A stretch of 64,000 nt of DNA, from assembly GCA_900320615.1 (NCBI GenBank), contig ONSX01000013.1, positions 6,042 through 70,041 on the forward strand. The letters are read 5' to 3'. Under the pieces are notes generated by a model. That model had not been told where the DNA came from. It did not search any database and saw only the letters and a list, made by a program, of their open reading frames with translations. The position numbers and the translations under genes are program-made. Positions 9,060 through 18,728 of the stretch are shown here, in pieces. Source of the DNA: an uncultured Eubacteriales bacterium (GTDB lineage: Bacteria > Bacillota > Clostridia > Lachnospirales > Lachnospiraceae). Every line of letters starts with the position of its first letter. Within the stretch, counting starts at the first letter, position 1.

Positions 9060-9992
9060 ATGGCAATCACAGCCAAGATGGTAAAAGAGCTTCGCGAGAA
9101 GTCCGGCGCCGGCATGATGGACTGCAAGAAGGCGCTTGTAGCGACAGACGGCGATATGGACAAGGCAATCGATTATCTTCGTGAGAACGGGCAGATGAAG
9201 GCGGCGAAGAAGGCTGACAGAATCGCTGCCGAGGGTCTCTGCGAGGGGCTCGTGAGCGAGGACGGAAAGCATGCGGCAGTTGTCGAGGTTAACTCCGAGA
9301 CAGATTTCGTCGCGAGAAATGAGAAGTTCCAGGCTTATGTCAACGAGGTTGCCAGACAGGCACTCGCTACAAAGGCTTCTGATCTCGACGCATTCATGGA
9401 GGAGGCATGGCTTGCTGATCCATCCAAGACTGTCAAGGAAGCTCTGGTCGAGGAGATCGCTGTCATCAGCGAGAACCTGAAGATCCGCCGCTTCGCAACG
9501 ATGGATGAGCCGAATGGCTTCATTACATCCTACACACATGCAGGCGGAAAGATTGTTGTTCTTGTCGACGTTGAGTCTGACGTTGTAAACGACGAGATGA
9601 AGGAAATGGCAAAGAACGTCGCGATGCAGGCTGCCGCTATGCGCCCGAAGTACAATACACGCGACGAGGTTGACCAGGACTACATCGCAAAGGAGAAGGA
9701 GATCCTTCTTGCAGCGGCCAAAAACGAGAAGCCGAATGCAAATGAGAAGATCCTGAACGGCATGGTTATGGGCCGCCTGAACAAGGAGATGGCAGAGATC
9801 TGCCTTCAGGATCAGGTCTATGTCAAGGCTGAAGACGGAAAGCAGACTGTCGCGAAGTATGTCGCACAGGTCGCGAAGGCAAATGGCGCGAAGGCTAAGG
9901 TAAAGAGCTTCATCCGCTTTGAGACAGGCGAAGGTATCGAGAAGAAAAAGGAGAACTTCGCAGAGGAAGTCGCAGCTCAGATGAAGGGCTGA
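9060..9992 (+). CDS. tsf: Elongation factor Ts
   Basis: VKELREKSGAGMMDCKKAL, EVNSETDFVA, RFETGEGIEK; GGAGG RBS. Confidence 0.99.
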   Translation: MAITAKMVKELREKSGAGMMDCKKALVATDGDMDKAIDYLRENGQMKAAKKADRIAAEGLCEGLVSEDGKHAAVVEVNSETDFVARNEKFQAYVNEVARQALATKASDLDAFMEEAWLADPSKTVKEALVEEIAVISENLKIRRFATMDEPNGFITSYTHAGGKIVVLVDVESDVVNDEMKEMAKNVAMQAAAMRPKYNTRDEVDQDYIAKEKEILLAAAKNEKPNANEKILNGMVMGRLNKEMAEICLQDQVYVKAEDGKQTVAKYVAQVAKANGAKAKVKSFIRFETGEGIEKKKENFAEEVAAQMKG

Positions 9993-10019
9993 TCGAAGAT
10001 TACTGCATAGAAGAAGTTG

Positions 10020-10055
10020 AAAGAGAGGATCGCTTTCCGGCCGTCCTCTCTTTTT
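10020..10055 (+). terminator. Intrinsic terminator after tsf
   Basis: AAGAGAGGA..TCCTCTCTT hairpin followed by a T-run. Confidence 0.7.
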
Positions 10056-10073
10056 CGTGCGTGCATGGCGCAC

Positions 10074-10111
10074 AAAAAAAGGCGCTCCTGCAGATCGCAG
10101 GGGCGCCTTTT
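10074..10111 (-). terminator. Intrinsic terminator after glnA (probably bidirectional)
   Basis: A7-GGCGCTCCTGC..GCAGGGGCGCC-T4. Confidence 0.75.
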
Positions 10112-10150
10112 CGACTGTTATGCAGATTCTCCGGCTTTCCGGCAGGTCTC

Positions 10151-12256
10151 TTATCTCAGGGAGAAGAGCATAGCTCCATATGTCGGATACGGGAGATACT
10201 GATCCGGGATGAGTTTTTCAGCTCCGTCGACAACCGCGCGAAGCGCGTCCATGTCGGCGAGGACGGATGCGTGATAATCATTTGCCTTCTCAAGCAGATC
10301 ATCCTTTGCTTCAGCCGCATCTGTATCTGCTGCAAGCTTGTCGAGCGCTGTCATCATAGAGGCAGCAGCCGTGTCGAGCTTTGTCAATGTCGACTCCTCA
10401 AGCGTGCATGCACTGGACGGCATCAAGGCCTTCTTCTGGGAAGCCTCTGCCGTGAGATCCTTCGTGTAGGCGACGAGGCCGGCCGTGAAGTCCTTGCGGA
10501 CCATCTCCTGCATAGCGAGAGATTCGATGTGAACCGTCTTGACGTAGTTCTCAAGGTTGATCTCATAGCGTGACCGGAGCTCCTCCTCAGTGAAGACGCC
10601 GTGCTTCTTGAAGAGATCGATGCTCTTTCCGGAAATAAGACGCGGCATTGCCTCCGGAAGGGACTTCAGATTGTCGAGACCACGTCTCTCAGCCTCTGCG
10701 ACCCACTCGTCTGTGTAGCCGTTGCCGTTGAAGAGAATTCGCTTGTGGTTCTGCAGAGCTTCCTTTGCGATCTCAAGAACCTTCGCGTCGCGCTCGCCGG
10801 CCGGAACATCCTTCAGGATGTCAGCAATTCTGGAGAGCGTCTCAGCGACAGCCGTGTTGAGAACGATGTTTGCGTTCGCGACAGAGACAGCGGAACCCGG
10901 CATGCGGAATTCGAACTTGTTGCCAGTGAAGGCAAACGGTGACGTTCTGTTGCGGTCTGTGTTGTCCTTCGTGATATGCGGAAGAACCGGAGCGCCCATC
11001 GCCATCTTGACTTTGCCCGGCTCTGTAAATACCGTTCCGGACTCGATGGACTTGAGGACTGCGTCAAGCTCGTCTCCGACGAAGATAGAGATGATCGCCG
11101 GCGGTGCCTCGTTCGCGCCGAGACGATGGTCATTTCCTGCCGTGGCGACGGAGCAGCGAAGCAGATCAGCGTACTCATCGACAGCGGAGATAATTGCAGT
11201 CAGGAACGCGATGAAGCTCGTGTTCTTGGACGGATCCTTGCCCGGATCGAGGAGGTTCACACCTGTATCCGTTACAATGGACCAGTTGTTGTGCTTTCCG
11301 GAACCATTGATTCCTTCAAATGGTTTCTCGTGGAGCAGGCATGCGAGATGGTGCTTGTCAGCGACCTTCTTCATGATCTCCATCGTCAGCTGGTTGTGAT
11401 CGACAGCGACATTGGCAGTCTCGAAGACCGGTGCCAGCTCGTGCTGAGACGGAGCGACCTCATTGTGCTTCGTCTTGGCCGGAACACCGAGCTTCCAGAG
11501 CTCTTCATCGAGATCGTGCATGAAGGAGGAAACCTTCGGCTTCAGGACACCGAAGTAATGGTCTTCCATCTCCTGGCCCTTCGCCGCCGGCGCACCGATC
11601 AGCGTGCGGCCTGTGAAGACGAGATCCTTTCTCTTCATGTACATGTCCTTGTCAATCAGGAAATATTCCTGCTCGGAGCCGACTGTTGTGGAGACATGTC
11701 TTACTTCGTTGTGTCCGAGAAGATGAAGAACCTTGACGGCCTCATCGCTCAGAGCGTTCATGGAGCGAAGAAGAGGAGTCTTCTTGTCGAGCGCCTCGCC
11801 GCCGTAAGAGCAGAAGGCTGTCGGAATGTAGAGAGAGCCATCCTTGATGAACGCCGGTGAAGACGGATCCCACGCCGTATAACCTCTTGCCTCGAATGTA
11901 GCGCGGAGACCGCCCGACGGGAAGCTGGACGCGTCAGGCTCTCCCTTGACAAGCTCCTTGCCGGAGAATTCCATGATGACCGTTCCGTCCGGTTCCGGTG
12001 AAATGAAGCTGTCGTGCTTCTCGGCCGTGAGACCAGTCATCGGCTGGAACCAGTGTGTGAAATGAGTGGCGCCATGCTCGATGGCCCATTCCTTCATGAC
12101 AGCGGCAACAGAATTCGCGACGTCGAGTTCCAGATGTGTGCCATTCTGGATGGTCTTGTGAACCGCCTTGTAGACGTCCTTCGGGAGGCGCTCGCGCATA
12201 ACTGTATCGTTGAACACGAGACTCCCGTAAATTTCAGGAATTGACTTTGTTTCCAT
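10151..12256 (-). CDS. glnA: Glutamine synthetase type III
   Basis: THWFQPMTG..AEKHDSF, GEPDASSFPSGGLRATFEARGY, DRNRTSPFAFTGNKFEFR; AGGAGG RBS before ATG 12256. Confidence 0.96.
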   Translation of the reverse strand: METKSIPEIYGSLVFNDTVMRERLPKDVYKAVHKTIQNGTHLELDVANSVAAVMKEWAIEHGATHFTHWFQPMTGLTAEKHDSFISPEPDGTVIMEFSGKELVKGEPDASSFPSGGLRATFEARGYTAWDPSSPAFIKDGSLYIPTAFCSYGGEALDKKTPLLRSMNALSDEAVKVLHLLGHNEVRHVSTTVGSEQEYFLIDKDMYMKRKDLVFTGRTLIGAPAAKGQEMEDHYFGVLKPKVSSFMHDLDEELWKLGVPAKTKHNEVAPSQHELAPVFETANVAVDHNQLTMEIMKKVADKHHLACLLHEKPFEGINGSGKHNNWSIVTDTGVNLLDPGKDPSKNTSFIAFLTAIISAVDEYADLLRCSVATAGNDHRLGANEAPPAIISIFVGDELDAVLKSIESGTVFTEPGKVKMAMGAPVLPHITKDNTDRNRTSPFAFTGNKFEFRMPGSAVSVANANIVLNTAVAETLSRIADILKDVPAGERDAKVLEIAKEALQNHKRILFNGNGYTDEWVAEAERRGLDNLKSLPEAMPRLISGKSIDLFKKHGVFTEEELRSRYEINLENYVKTVHIESLAMQEMVRKDFTAGLVAYTKDLTAEASQKKALMPSSACTLEESTLTKLDTAAASMMTALDKLAADTDAAEAKDDLLEKANDYHASVLADMDALRAVVDGAEKLIPDQYLPYPTYGAMLFSLR

Positions 12257-12279
12257 AAATCGCCCTCCTATCAGATTCG

Positions 12280-12307
12280 CGCGTCGAAGCACGATCACGC
12301 CGTAGCG
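12280..12307 (-). promoter_or_regulatory. Candidate ANTAR-type twin hexaloop hairpins in the glnA leader
   Basis: On the minus strand CGC-TACGGC-GTG, 4 nt, TGC-TTCGAC-GCG: two 3-bp stems whose 6-nt loops have G at loop position 4. Confidence 0.4.
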
Positions 12308-12316
12308 TTTGAGAGC

Positions 12317-12345
12317 AATATAGTTTGTCTGCAAGGAAAAGTCAA
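12317..12345 (-). promoter_or_regulatory. SigA-type promoter of glnA
   Basis: TTGACT-17 bp-TATATT on the minus strand. Confidence 0.65.
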
Positions 12346-12567
12346 TTTGAGGAGGGGGATTCATTGAAATTGTTCACGATAGAATACAATTTTATGACAA
12401 TGCACATTATAAAAAACAAAATAAGACTTCGAGACTGTCCCATTCCGACTCCGGTGAAGTACGATGCGGAGAAATAACTGTGAATTGAACCCGGGACTGC
12501 CTCACGGCGGTTCCGGGCAGGGAAACCATGGAATGCCGGAACTACAGACAATTTATAAGATCATCTG

Positions 12568-12596
12568 TTGACCGGATATTATTTCATTGTTAAAAT
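12568..12596 (+). promoter_or_regulatory. SigA-type promoter of the LTA-synthase-family gene
   Basis: TTGACC-17 bp-TAAAAT with a TG extension. Confidence 0.65.
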
Positions 12597-12657
12597 ATGG
12601 GTAATTTGTGTTACGGTATTTTTACAAAAAGTCGGCATAGAAAGTCAGGTATGGTTC

Positions 12658-14763
12658 ATGGTGCTTCACCCTGATGGCTTTATAAATAGGAACAAAAGGC
12701 AAAGAAATACTCCGGCAGATGATGAAGAGGATATTATCATTGAGCTGACGGACGATGAGGAGCCGGAGAATACCGGGACGGACGGAGAGCAGGCGTCAGG
12801 ACGTGCGGAGCGGACATCTGCGGGATCCGGTGAGGAGCGGGGTACTTCCGGAGAAGACGTACATAAGGGACAAGAGAAGATGCCCGGGCGGAAACTGTCT
12901 CTCGGCGTGATCATGGAAGAGGCAGAGTCTGCTGCCGCACGGCGGAAGAACCCGGAGTACAGGCGGGAGGCCGCAAAGAGACGGGCGGAAGCGAAGATCC
13001 GCCGTGCCGGGAAGAAGAGAGCGTATCTGGCTCTTCAGAACAGGAAGCGTTCACCGCTTGAGACACTCCTCTGGTTTCTTCCGGAGATTGTCAAGTATGT
13101 CTATGCCGTCGTGATGACTATAAGGGGTGCGACAATAGCCGGAGACGCATCCTATGCGTGGATCGGCTTTCTTGAGCTCGCGGCGATCTTTGCACTCTCA
13201 AATGCGATTGTCGGAAGGAACAGAGTGGCCGCGTATGTGGTCAATTACGCGCTGATGCTGGCCTATAACCTGCAGTATATGTTCCTGTATTTCTCAGGCT
13301 CTTATTTGACACTCGTTATGATCACGAACACGGACTCCCTCAATGGCCTGTCGGGAAGAACGGTGCTGTATGGCTTTGCACTCATTCTGATGATTGTGTG
13401 CTCCTGCCTGCCGATCCGCCATGTGCGCATGAGAGGACTTTCCAGCACGGGCGCGCTGTCTGTGGCGCTCGCTGTCGAGCTCGCGGCGACAATGATGATC
13501 GGAAGCCAGTACTCGGCCTTCTACGGCCTGTATTCGCTGTATATGGCGGGAGAGAAGCAGGCCAAGCTTGCGTCGGACGCTGCGTCTGGCGACAATGTGA
13601 CGTCTGAGTTTTATCAGGGTGAGGTCCAGAGCAATATCACAAAACCGCAGAACCTCGGTGAGAAGCCGAATGTGGTACTCATTTTCACGGAGGGAATCTC
13701 GCAGAATATCGTTGAGGATGACCGCAACATCATGCCGAATGTGAAGGCATATGAGAACAAGTCGGTCAATTTCACAAATTATTATAATCACACATTTGCG
13801 ACATACCGTGGACTGATCGGACAGCTCTACTCCGGATATCAGCTGGAAAATTACGACACGAGCACGCTGGTGTCGATTGAGGATATTTTTAAGGAAGAAG
13901 GGTATCAGACTGCGTTCATCAACACGGAGCCTCTGAACCTTCATTTTTCGGCGTATCTCGACAGCATGAATTTTGATATGGTTGTCGCGGACAAAAAGAA
14001 TCTCGACGGACCGAACCAGTCGATGTCCGACAAGGACGCATATTCCCTGCTCTATGAGACGATTTCGGATCAGAGCACGACGGGAAAGCCGTTCTTTACA
14101 TGCATCTACACGTACGGGACGCATCTGTCGCTTGATTCACCGGATGAGAAATTCGGAGATGGAAGTAACACGCTTCTCAATAAGTTCTACAATGCCGATG
14201 TCCAGTTTGGAAAATTCATGGACAAGCTGTATTCCGGAGCGCTCGGCGACAATACGATTGTTGTCTTCACGGGTGACCACTGCGCGTACGCGGACCAGCA
14301 GTACCTCGATACCTTCCCGGATTATTCAAGAAAGTTCGGAAGCCTCGACCGCATACCGCTCTTCATTTATTACAAGGGTATTGAGAAGTCGAACGTCGAT
14401 GCGGCCGGACGGAATTCCCTCGATCTTGCACCGACGATCCTTGATTACCTAGATATGAGTGAGCCGAACTATTTTCTTGGCTGCACGCTGTTTGCAGATG
14501 CCGCGAACAACAACTCGTACGATACGATCTATTATGACGCGGAGCGGATGCTTACATCCGGAGGTGGAGATGTGGCGCAGCTGACGGATACGGAGTCGGG
14601 CATCATGGAGACCCAGCTTGCTGACTACTTCAAGGCGAAGAAGCAGAAGCCGGAGACCGTGGAAGATGCGATTAACAGAAAGAACGCCAGGAAAAATGCT
14701 GCAGGGAAGAAGGCGGAGAGCGCCGCAGAATCTGCATCCGCTGCGTCAGGCGGTTTGAAATGA
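12658..14763 (+). CDS. LTA synthase family / sulfatase-like membrane phosphotransferase
   Basis: Charged N-terminal extension, several TM helices, then PNVVLIFTEG, catalytic-Thr region (HTFATYRG), TH and GDH motifs; start codon uncertain. Confidence 0.8.
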   Translation: MVLHPDGFINRNKRQRNTPADDEEDIIIELTDDEEPENTGTDGEQASGRAERTSAGSGEERGTSGEDVHKGQEKMPGRKLSLGVIMEEAESAAARRKNPEYRREAAKRRAEAKIRRAGKKRAYLALQNRKRSPLETLLWFLPEIVKYVYAVVMTIRGATIAGDASYAWIGFLELAAIFALSNAIVGRNRVAAYVVNYALMLAYNLQYMFLYFSGSYLTLVMITNTDSLNGLSGRTVLYGFALILMIVCSCLPIRHVRMRGLSSTGALSVALAVELAATMMIGSQYSAFYGLYSLYMAGEKQAKLASDAASGDNVTSEFYQGEVQSNITKPQNLGEKPNVVLIFTEGISQNIVEDDRNIMPNVKAYENKSVNFTNYYNHTFATYRGLIGQLYSGYQLENYDTSTLVSIEDIFKEEGYQTAFINTEPLNLHFSAYLDSMNFDMVVADKKNLDGPNQSMSDKDAYSLLYETISDQSTTGKPFFTCIYTYGTHLSLDSPDEKFGDGSNTLLNKFYNADVQFGKFMDKLYSGALGDNTIVVFTGDHCAYADQQYLDTFPDYSRKFGSLDRIPLFIYYKGIEKSNVDAAGRNSLDLAPTILDYLDMSEPNYFLGCTLFADAANNNSYDTIYYDAERMLTSGGGDVAQLTDTESGIMETQLADYFKAKKQKPETVEDAINRKNARKNAAGKKAESAAESASAASGGLK

Positions 14764-14799
14764 AAAGAAAATAAGCGCAGGCCATCCAGAACGAGCCGC

Positions 14800-14836
14800 A
14801 AGAGAAGCACCCCGGAATTTCCAGGGTGCTTCTCTT
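14800..14836. terminator. Terminator-like hairpin between convergent genes
   Basis: AAGAGAAGCACCC..GGGTGCTTCTCTT inverted repeat. Confidence 0.7.
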
Positions 14837-14838
14837 AC

Positions 14839-15333
14839 TCATGTCGTATGATTTTCATCGTCTGCCACTGCCTGCTCGTCAGCCTCTTTTCCGGAACCAG
14901 GTTCCGGGGCGTCGGATGGATGCTTGCCGGAATTTTCATCGCAGGCTTCGTCCGCTTTCTTTCGGGCCTTTTCCTGAGCGAGATCCGCCACGTCCCTGAG
15001 ACCCTGCCCCACCTTGTCTGCAAAATCCTTTGATTTTGCCTTCAGATCGGCCTCATCGATCATGCCTCGGAGCAAGTCGCGCTGTTCCTGTGTGAGTTTT
15101 GTCAGACTCTGCACAAGCTCGCTGCCTCGGAGCTTATCTGCCTGTTCCCTGACGTCCTCCATCGTACCATCAACCGTCAGCCGGATACTGTCAAACGTAT
15201 CCGGGTGCTTTTTTACGGTGTCCGCTCCTTTTTCTACCAGCGCATCAACTGTCTTTTTTACGTGCTCGCTGACAAGTACGGCAGCTCCGACGTTGGCGTA
15301 GAGCCATTTCTCCATCACATCCTGAATATCCAT
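14839..15333 (-). CDS. Hypothetical protein with a phasin-family-like N-terminus
   Basis: GGAGG RBS; LYANVGAAVLVSE..KKTVDALVEKG amphipathic pattern; acidic tail. Confidence 0.55.
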   Translation of the reverse strand: MDIQDVMEKWLYANVGAAVLVSEHVKKTVDALVEKGADTVKKHPDTFDSIRLTVDGTMEDVREQADKLRGSELVQSLTKLTQEQRDLLRGMIDEADLKAKSKDFADKVGQGLRDVADLAQEKARKKADEACDENSGKHPSDAPEPGSGKEADEQAVADDENHTT

Positions 15334-15594
15334 GGTGTATCCTCCATTATGTTTTGCAGGGTCGTATGCTGTCTTAAGTATACCTGAAAGAGGCCGGTTT
15401 TGTCAGACCTTTGCTGCCTGATTTTGCTGACTGCTCCATGAGCCCGGGGAACTGGCAGGCGGGGACAGAAACAGATCCCGGAGAGTCGGACAAGTGAACG
15501 ACTGATACTGTAAAACACATAGGAAACGTGTTATACTTAAATTCAAATGTGTATCGGCAGGCGATGCCGGCAAAGAATCTGAAAGGGGACAGAT

Positions 15595-17139
15595 ATGGCA
15601 GATATAGGGAGCATCCTGATGGGACTGCAGAACGGCAATGATGTGCGCGGCGCAGCGATCGCGACGGATAGGGAAAAGCTGAATCTGACGCCTGCGGCGG
15701 CGCAGTTCATTTCCGAGGCTTTCATCGAATTTCTGGCAGAGAGGCTCGGAAAAGAGCCTGCGGAACTCAGGGTCGGTGTCGGCCATGACAGCCGCCTGAC
15801 GGCGGAAATTCTGAAACAGGGTGTGATCAGAGGCATGAGCCTTGCGCAGGTCTTTGACTGCGGACTTGTGTCGACGCCGGCCATGTTCCAATCCACGGTG
15901 CTGGAGGGCAGCAGCTTCGACGGCGCGGTCATGATCACGGCGAGCCATCTGCCGTTCAACCGGAATGGCCTCAAGTTCTTTACAAAAGACGGCGGTCTTG
16001 AACATGATGAGCTGACAGCTGTTTTGAAGCGGGCAGTGGCTATCGCGGAGCGTGCCGGCGCCTCGGCGGAGGATATGGCCATCACAGGAGAGTATCCGGC
16101 CGCAGGAGAGAAGAAGCCGCAGAAGTTTGATCTCGTTTCTCTCTACTGCGACCATATGCGGAGGATCATTATGGATTCCGTGCGCGCGGATGACTATGAG
16201 CATCCGCTAAAGGGCCTTCATATCGTCGAGGACGCGGGAAATGGAGCAGCAGGCTTTTTCGCAAAGGACATTCTGGAGCCGCTCGGTGCGAATACGGCGG
16301 GAAGCGTCTTCCTTGAGCCGGACGGGACATTTCCGAACCATATCCCGAACCCGGAGAACAAGCAGGCGATGGACGCAGCGCGGCGCGCGACGGTGGAGAA
16401 CCACGCGGATCTCGGCGTGATCTTTGACTGTGACGGCGACCGCGGCGCTGTCGTGTTTGCGGACGGAACGGAAGTCAATCGGAATACGCTGATCGCCCTT
16501 CTTGCAGTCATTGTGTCTGAGCAGCATCCGCACTCCACGATCGTCACGGATTCCGTCACGTCAGATGAGCTCGCAGAGTTTCTAAAGCGGCACGGTCTGA
16601 AGCACTATCGCTACATGCGCGGATACAAGAACGTGATTGACAAGGGGATCGAACTGAATCGTGAGGGTGAGGACTGCGAGCTTGCCATCGAGACATCGGG
16701 GCACGGTGCGTTCAGGGAAAATTATTTTTCAGACGACGGCGCCTATATTTCCGTGAAGATCATCTGCAAGATGGCGCAGCTGCGGAAAGAGGGAAAGCGG
16801 ATTGAATCCCTGATCGCTGATCTCGGTCAGCCGGCTGAGGCGCGTGAAATCCGCTTCTCGATTGAAGGAGACGACTACAGGGCCTACGGCGAGAATGTCC
16901 TCAGAGAATTCCGGAAATTCGCAGAGGAGCAGCCGCTCTTCCACGTCGTGGAACCGAACTATGAGGGCGTGCGGGTCTCATTTCATGACAGCGGGGTGAA
17001 AGGCTGGGCGCTTCTCCGCATGTCACTTCATGATCCGCAGATGCCGATGAATCTCGAAGCTGAGTCCGGGGGCGGTACGGACATTATCTGGAAACGAGTG
17101 GAGCCTTTCTTTGAAAGATTCCCGAGGCTCACACGCTGA
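15595..17139 (+). CDS. Phosphoglucomutase/phosphomannomutase family protein
   Basis: ITASHLP phosphoserine loop, FDCDGDR metal loop, ETSGH. Confidence 0.92.
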   Translation: MADIGSILMGLQNGNDVRGAAIATDREKLNLTPAAAQFISEAFIEFLAERLGKEPAELRVGVGHDSRLTAEILKQGVIRGMSLAQVFDCGLVSTPAMFQSTVLEGSSFDGAVMITASHLPFNRNGLKFFTKDGGLEHDELTAVLKRAVAIAERAGASAEDMAITGEYPAAGEKKPQKFDLVSLYCDHMRRIIMDSVRADDYEHPLKGLHIVEDAGNGAAGFFAKDILEPLGANTAGSVFLEPDGTFPNHIPNPENKQAMDAARRATVENHADLGVIFDCDGDRGAVVFADGTEVNRNTLIALLAVIVSEQHPHSTIVTDSVTSDELAEFLKRHGLKHYRYMRGYKNVIDKGIELNREGEDCELAIETSGHGAFRENYFSDDGAYISVKIICKMAQLRKEGKRIESLIADLGQPAEAREIRFSIEGDDYRAYGENVLREFRKFAEEQPLFHVVEPNYEGVRVSFHDSGVKGWALLRMSLHDPQMPMNLEAESGGGTDIIWKRVEPFFERFPRLTR

Positions 17140-17166
17140 TCTATATCTATCAGGAAGGAATATATT

Positions 17167-18633
17167 ATGAGAAAGAGACTGATTGCCAAGACTATATTGC
17201 TTGCGGCACTGCTTGCTCTGTTGGTCGGCATACTCATCGTTCACCAGCGCATGAAAATGAACGGCACGGAAGATGCCTCTTCATCTCCGAAGGAAGATAC
17301 AGTATCAGCGGCGGAAAGCGCAATGGACAATATGGCGGTATCGTCCGATACATCAGAAGTTCCCTCGACGGCCGACGAGGCACTGGCCATGTCGAAAAAA
17401 TATGAGGAACAGTATGATTACGACAAGGCGATCTCTGTCATCGAGAGCTTTCCCGGATATGACCAGAACCAGGACCTTCTGGCAGCGATTCAGACATATA
17501 CAGACGAGAAGGCGTCCTGCGTCGCTGTCGATGTGACAAAGGTTCCGCATATTTTCTTCCACTCGCTGATCAATGATGACAGAGGTCTCGAGGCCAGCGT
17601 GGTCGGCGAGGATCGCGCGAAGCGCAACGGGACGGCAATGGTCACGGCAGATGAGTTCGACCATATCATTCAGGATATGTATGACGCCGGATATGTCCTT
17701 GTCTCACTCGACGATCTGTGCATCAAGACGCCGAATGCCGATGGAACAACAACGGTCACGAAGAATACGTCGCTCCTTCTGCCTGCGGGCAAGAAGGCAT
17801 TTGTTCTGTCCGAGGACGACCTGAGCTACTACCACACGTATGGCGAGGGCACCCAGGGGTACGCGACGAAGATGGTTCTCGATAAAAAGGGAAATGTCAA
17901 GTGCGAGTACACCGATGAGAATGGCGACACAAAGATCGGCGACTATGACGTCGCGCCGCGACTCAATACATTTATTGAAAAACATCCGGATTTCAGCTAT
18001 CACGGCGCAAGGGGAACCATTGCGCTGACAGGCTATGACGGCGTCTTCGGCTACCGCACGAATGACTATTACAAGGACATCAACAATCCGCATCTTGACA
18101 AGGATCAGGTCGACTGGCTGAAAGAGCATCCGGACTTTGACTGGAACAAGGACGTCGCGAATGCAACAAAGATCGCTGATGCGCTGAAGGCGGAGGGATG
18201 GACCTTTGCGAGCCACACCTACGCGCACTGGAACGCGTCGGAAAAGACGGCGGATGAGCTGAAGGCCGACAACGAGAGGTGGATGACGGTCAACCACAAT
18301 ATTGTCGGTGATATTGACAAGATTATCTTCGCGTTTGGCGGAGATATTCAGGATGCGACTCCGTATACGACGGCCAACCCGAAGTTTTCTTACTTCCAGA
18401 GTCAGGGCTATGTCATCTACTGCAATGTCGACGGCAACATCGGCTGGACTCAGTTCGGCGACACTTATCTCCGGACAGGACGTGTTGCCATGGATGGGTA
18501 CACCCTGTACCAGGCGATGACAGAGGGAGAGAAGTCCCACGACACTTATGCCTATGACTATCAGCTCCTCGGCATTAGCGATATTTCGTCGTTCTTTAAC
18601 CAGCACAGGATCACTCCGATCGAGAGCGAGTAA
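17167..18633 (+). CDS. Membrane-anchored polysaccharide deacetylase family protein
   Basis: N-terminal signal/anchor; HIFFHSLI, LSEDD and ASHTYAH (NodB-like motifs). Confidence 0.78.
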   Translation: MRKRLIAKTILLAALLALLVGILIVHQRMKMNGTEDASSSPKEDTVSAAESAMDNMAVSSDTSEVPSTADEALAMSKKYEEQYDYDKAISVIESFPGYDQNQDLLAAIQTYTDEKASCVAVDVTKVPHIFFHSLINDDRGLEASVVGEDRAKRNGTAMVTADEFDHIIQDMYDAGYVLVSLDDLCIKTPNADGTTTVTKNTSLLLPAGKKAFVLSEDDLSYYHTYGEGTQGYATKMVLDKKGNVKCEYTDENGDTKIGDYDVAPRLNTFIEKHPDFSYHGARGTIALTGYDGVFGYRTNDYYKDINNPHLDKDQVDWLKEHPDFDWNKDVANATKIADALKAEGWTFASHTYAHWNASEKTADELKADNERWMTVNHNIVGDIDKIIFAFGGDIQDATPYTTANPKFSYFQSQGYVIYCNVDGNIGWTQFGDTYLRTGRVAMDGYTLYQAMTEGEKSHDTYAYDYQLLGISDISSFFNQHRITPIESE

Positions 18634-18653
18634 TCAGTGCGGATTCATACAGC

Positions 18654-18699
18654 AAAAAAACGACCTCCGGTCCGCGAACGCGGCCGGGGGTCGTTTTTT
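18654..18699. terminator. Bidirectional intrinsic terminator
   Basis: A7-CGACCTCCGG..CCGGGGGTCG-T6 between convergent genes. Confidence 0.8.
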
Positions 18700-18728
18700 G
18701 CCATCATTCCGTATCGTAAAGAGGCTGA

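Noticed and set aside
12568-12657. TTG start and first 30 aa of the LTA-synthase-family ORF
   Set aside because: The TTG is the -35 box of a good promoter, so translation must start downstream (ATG 12658 or later).
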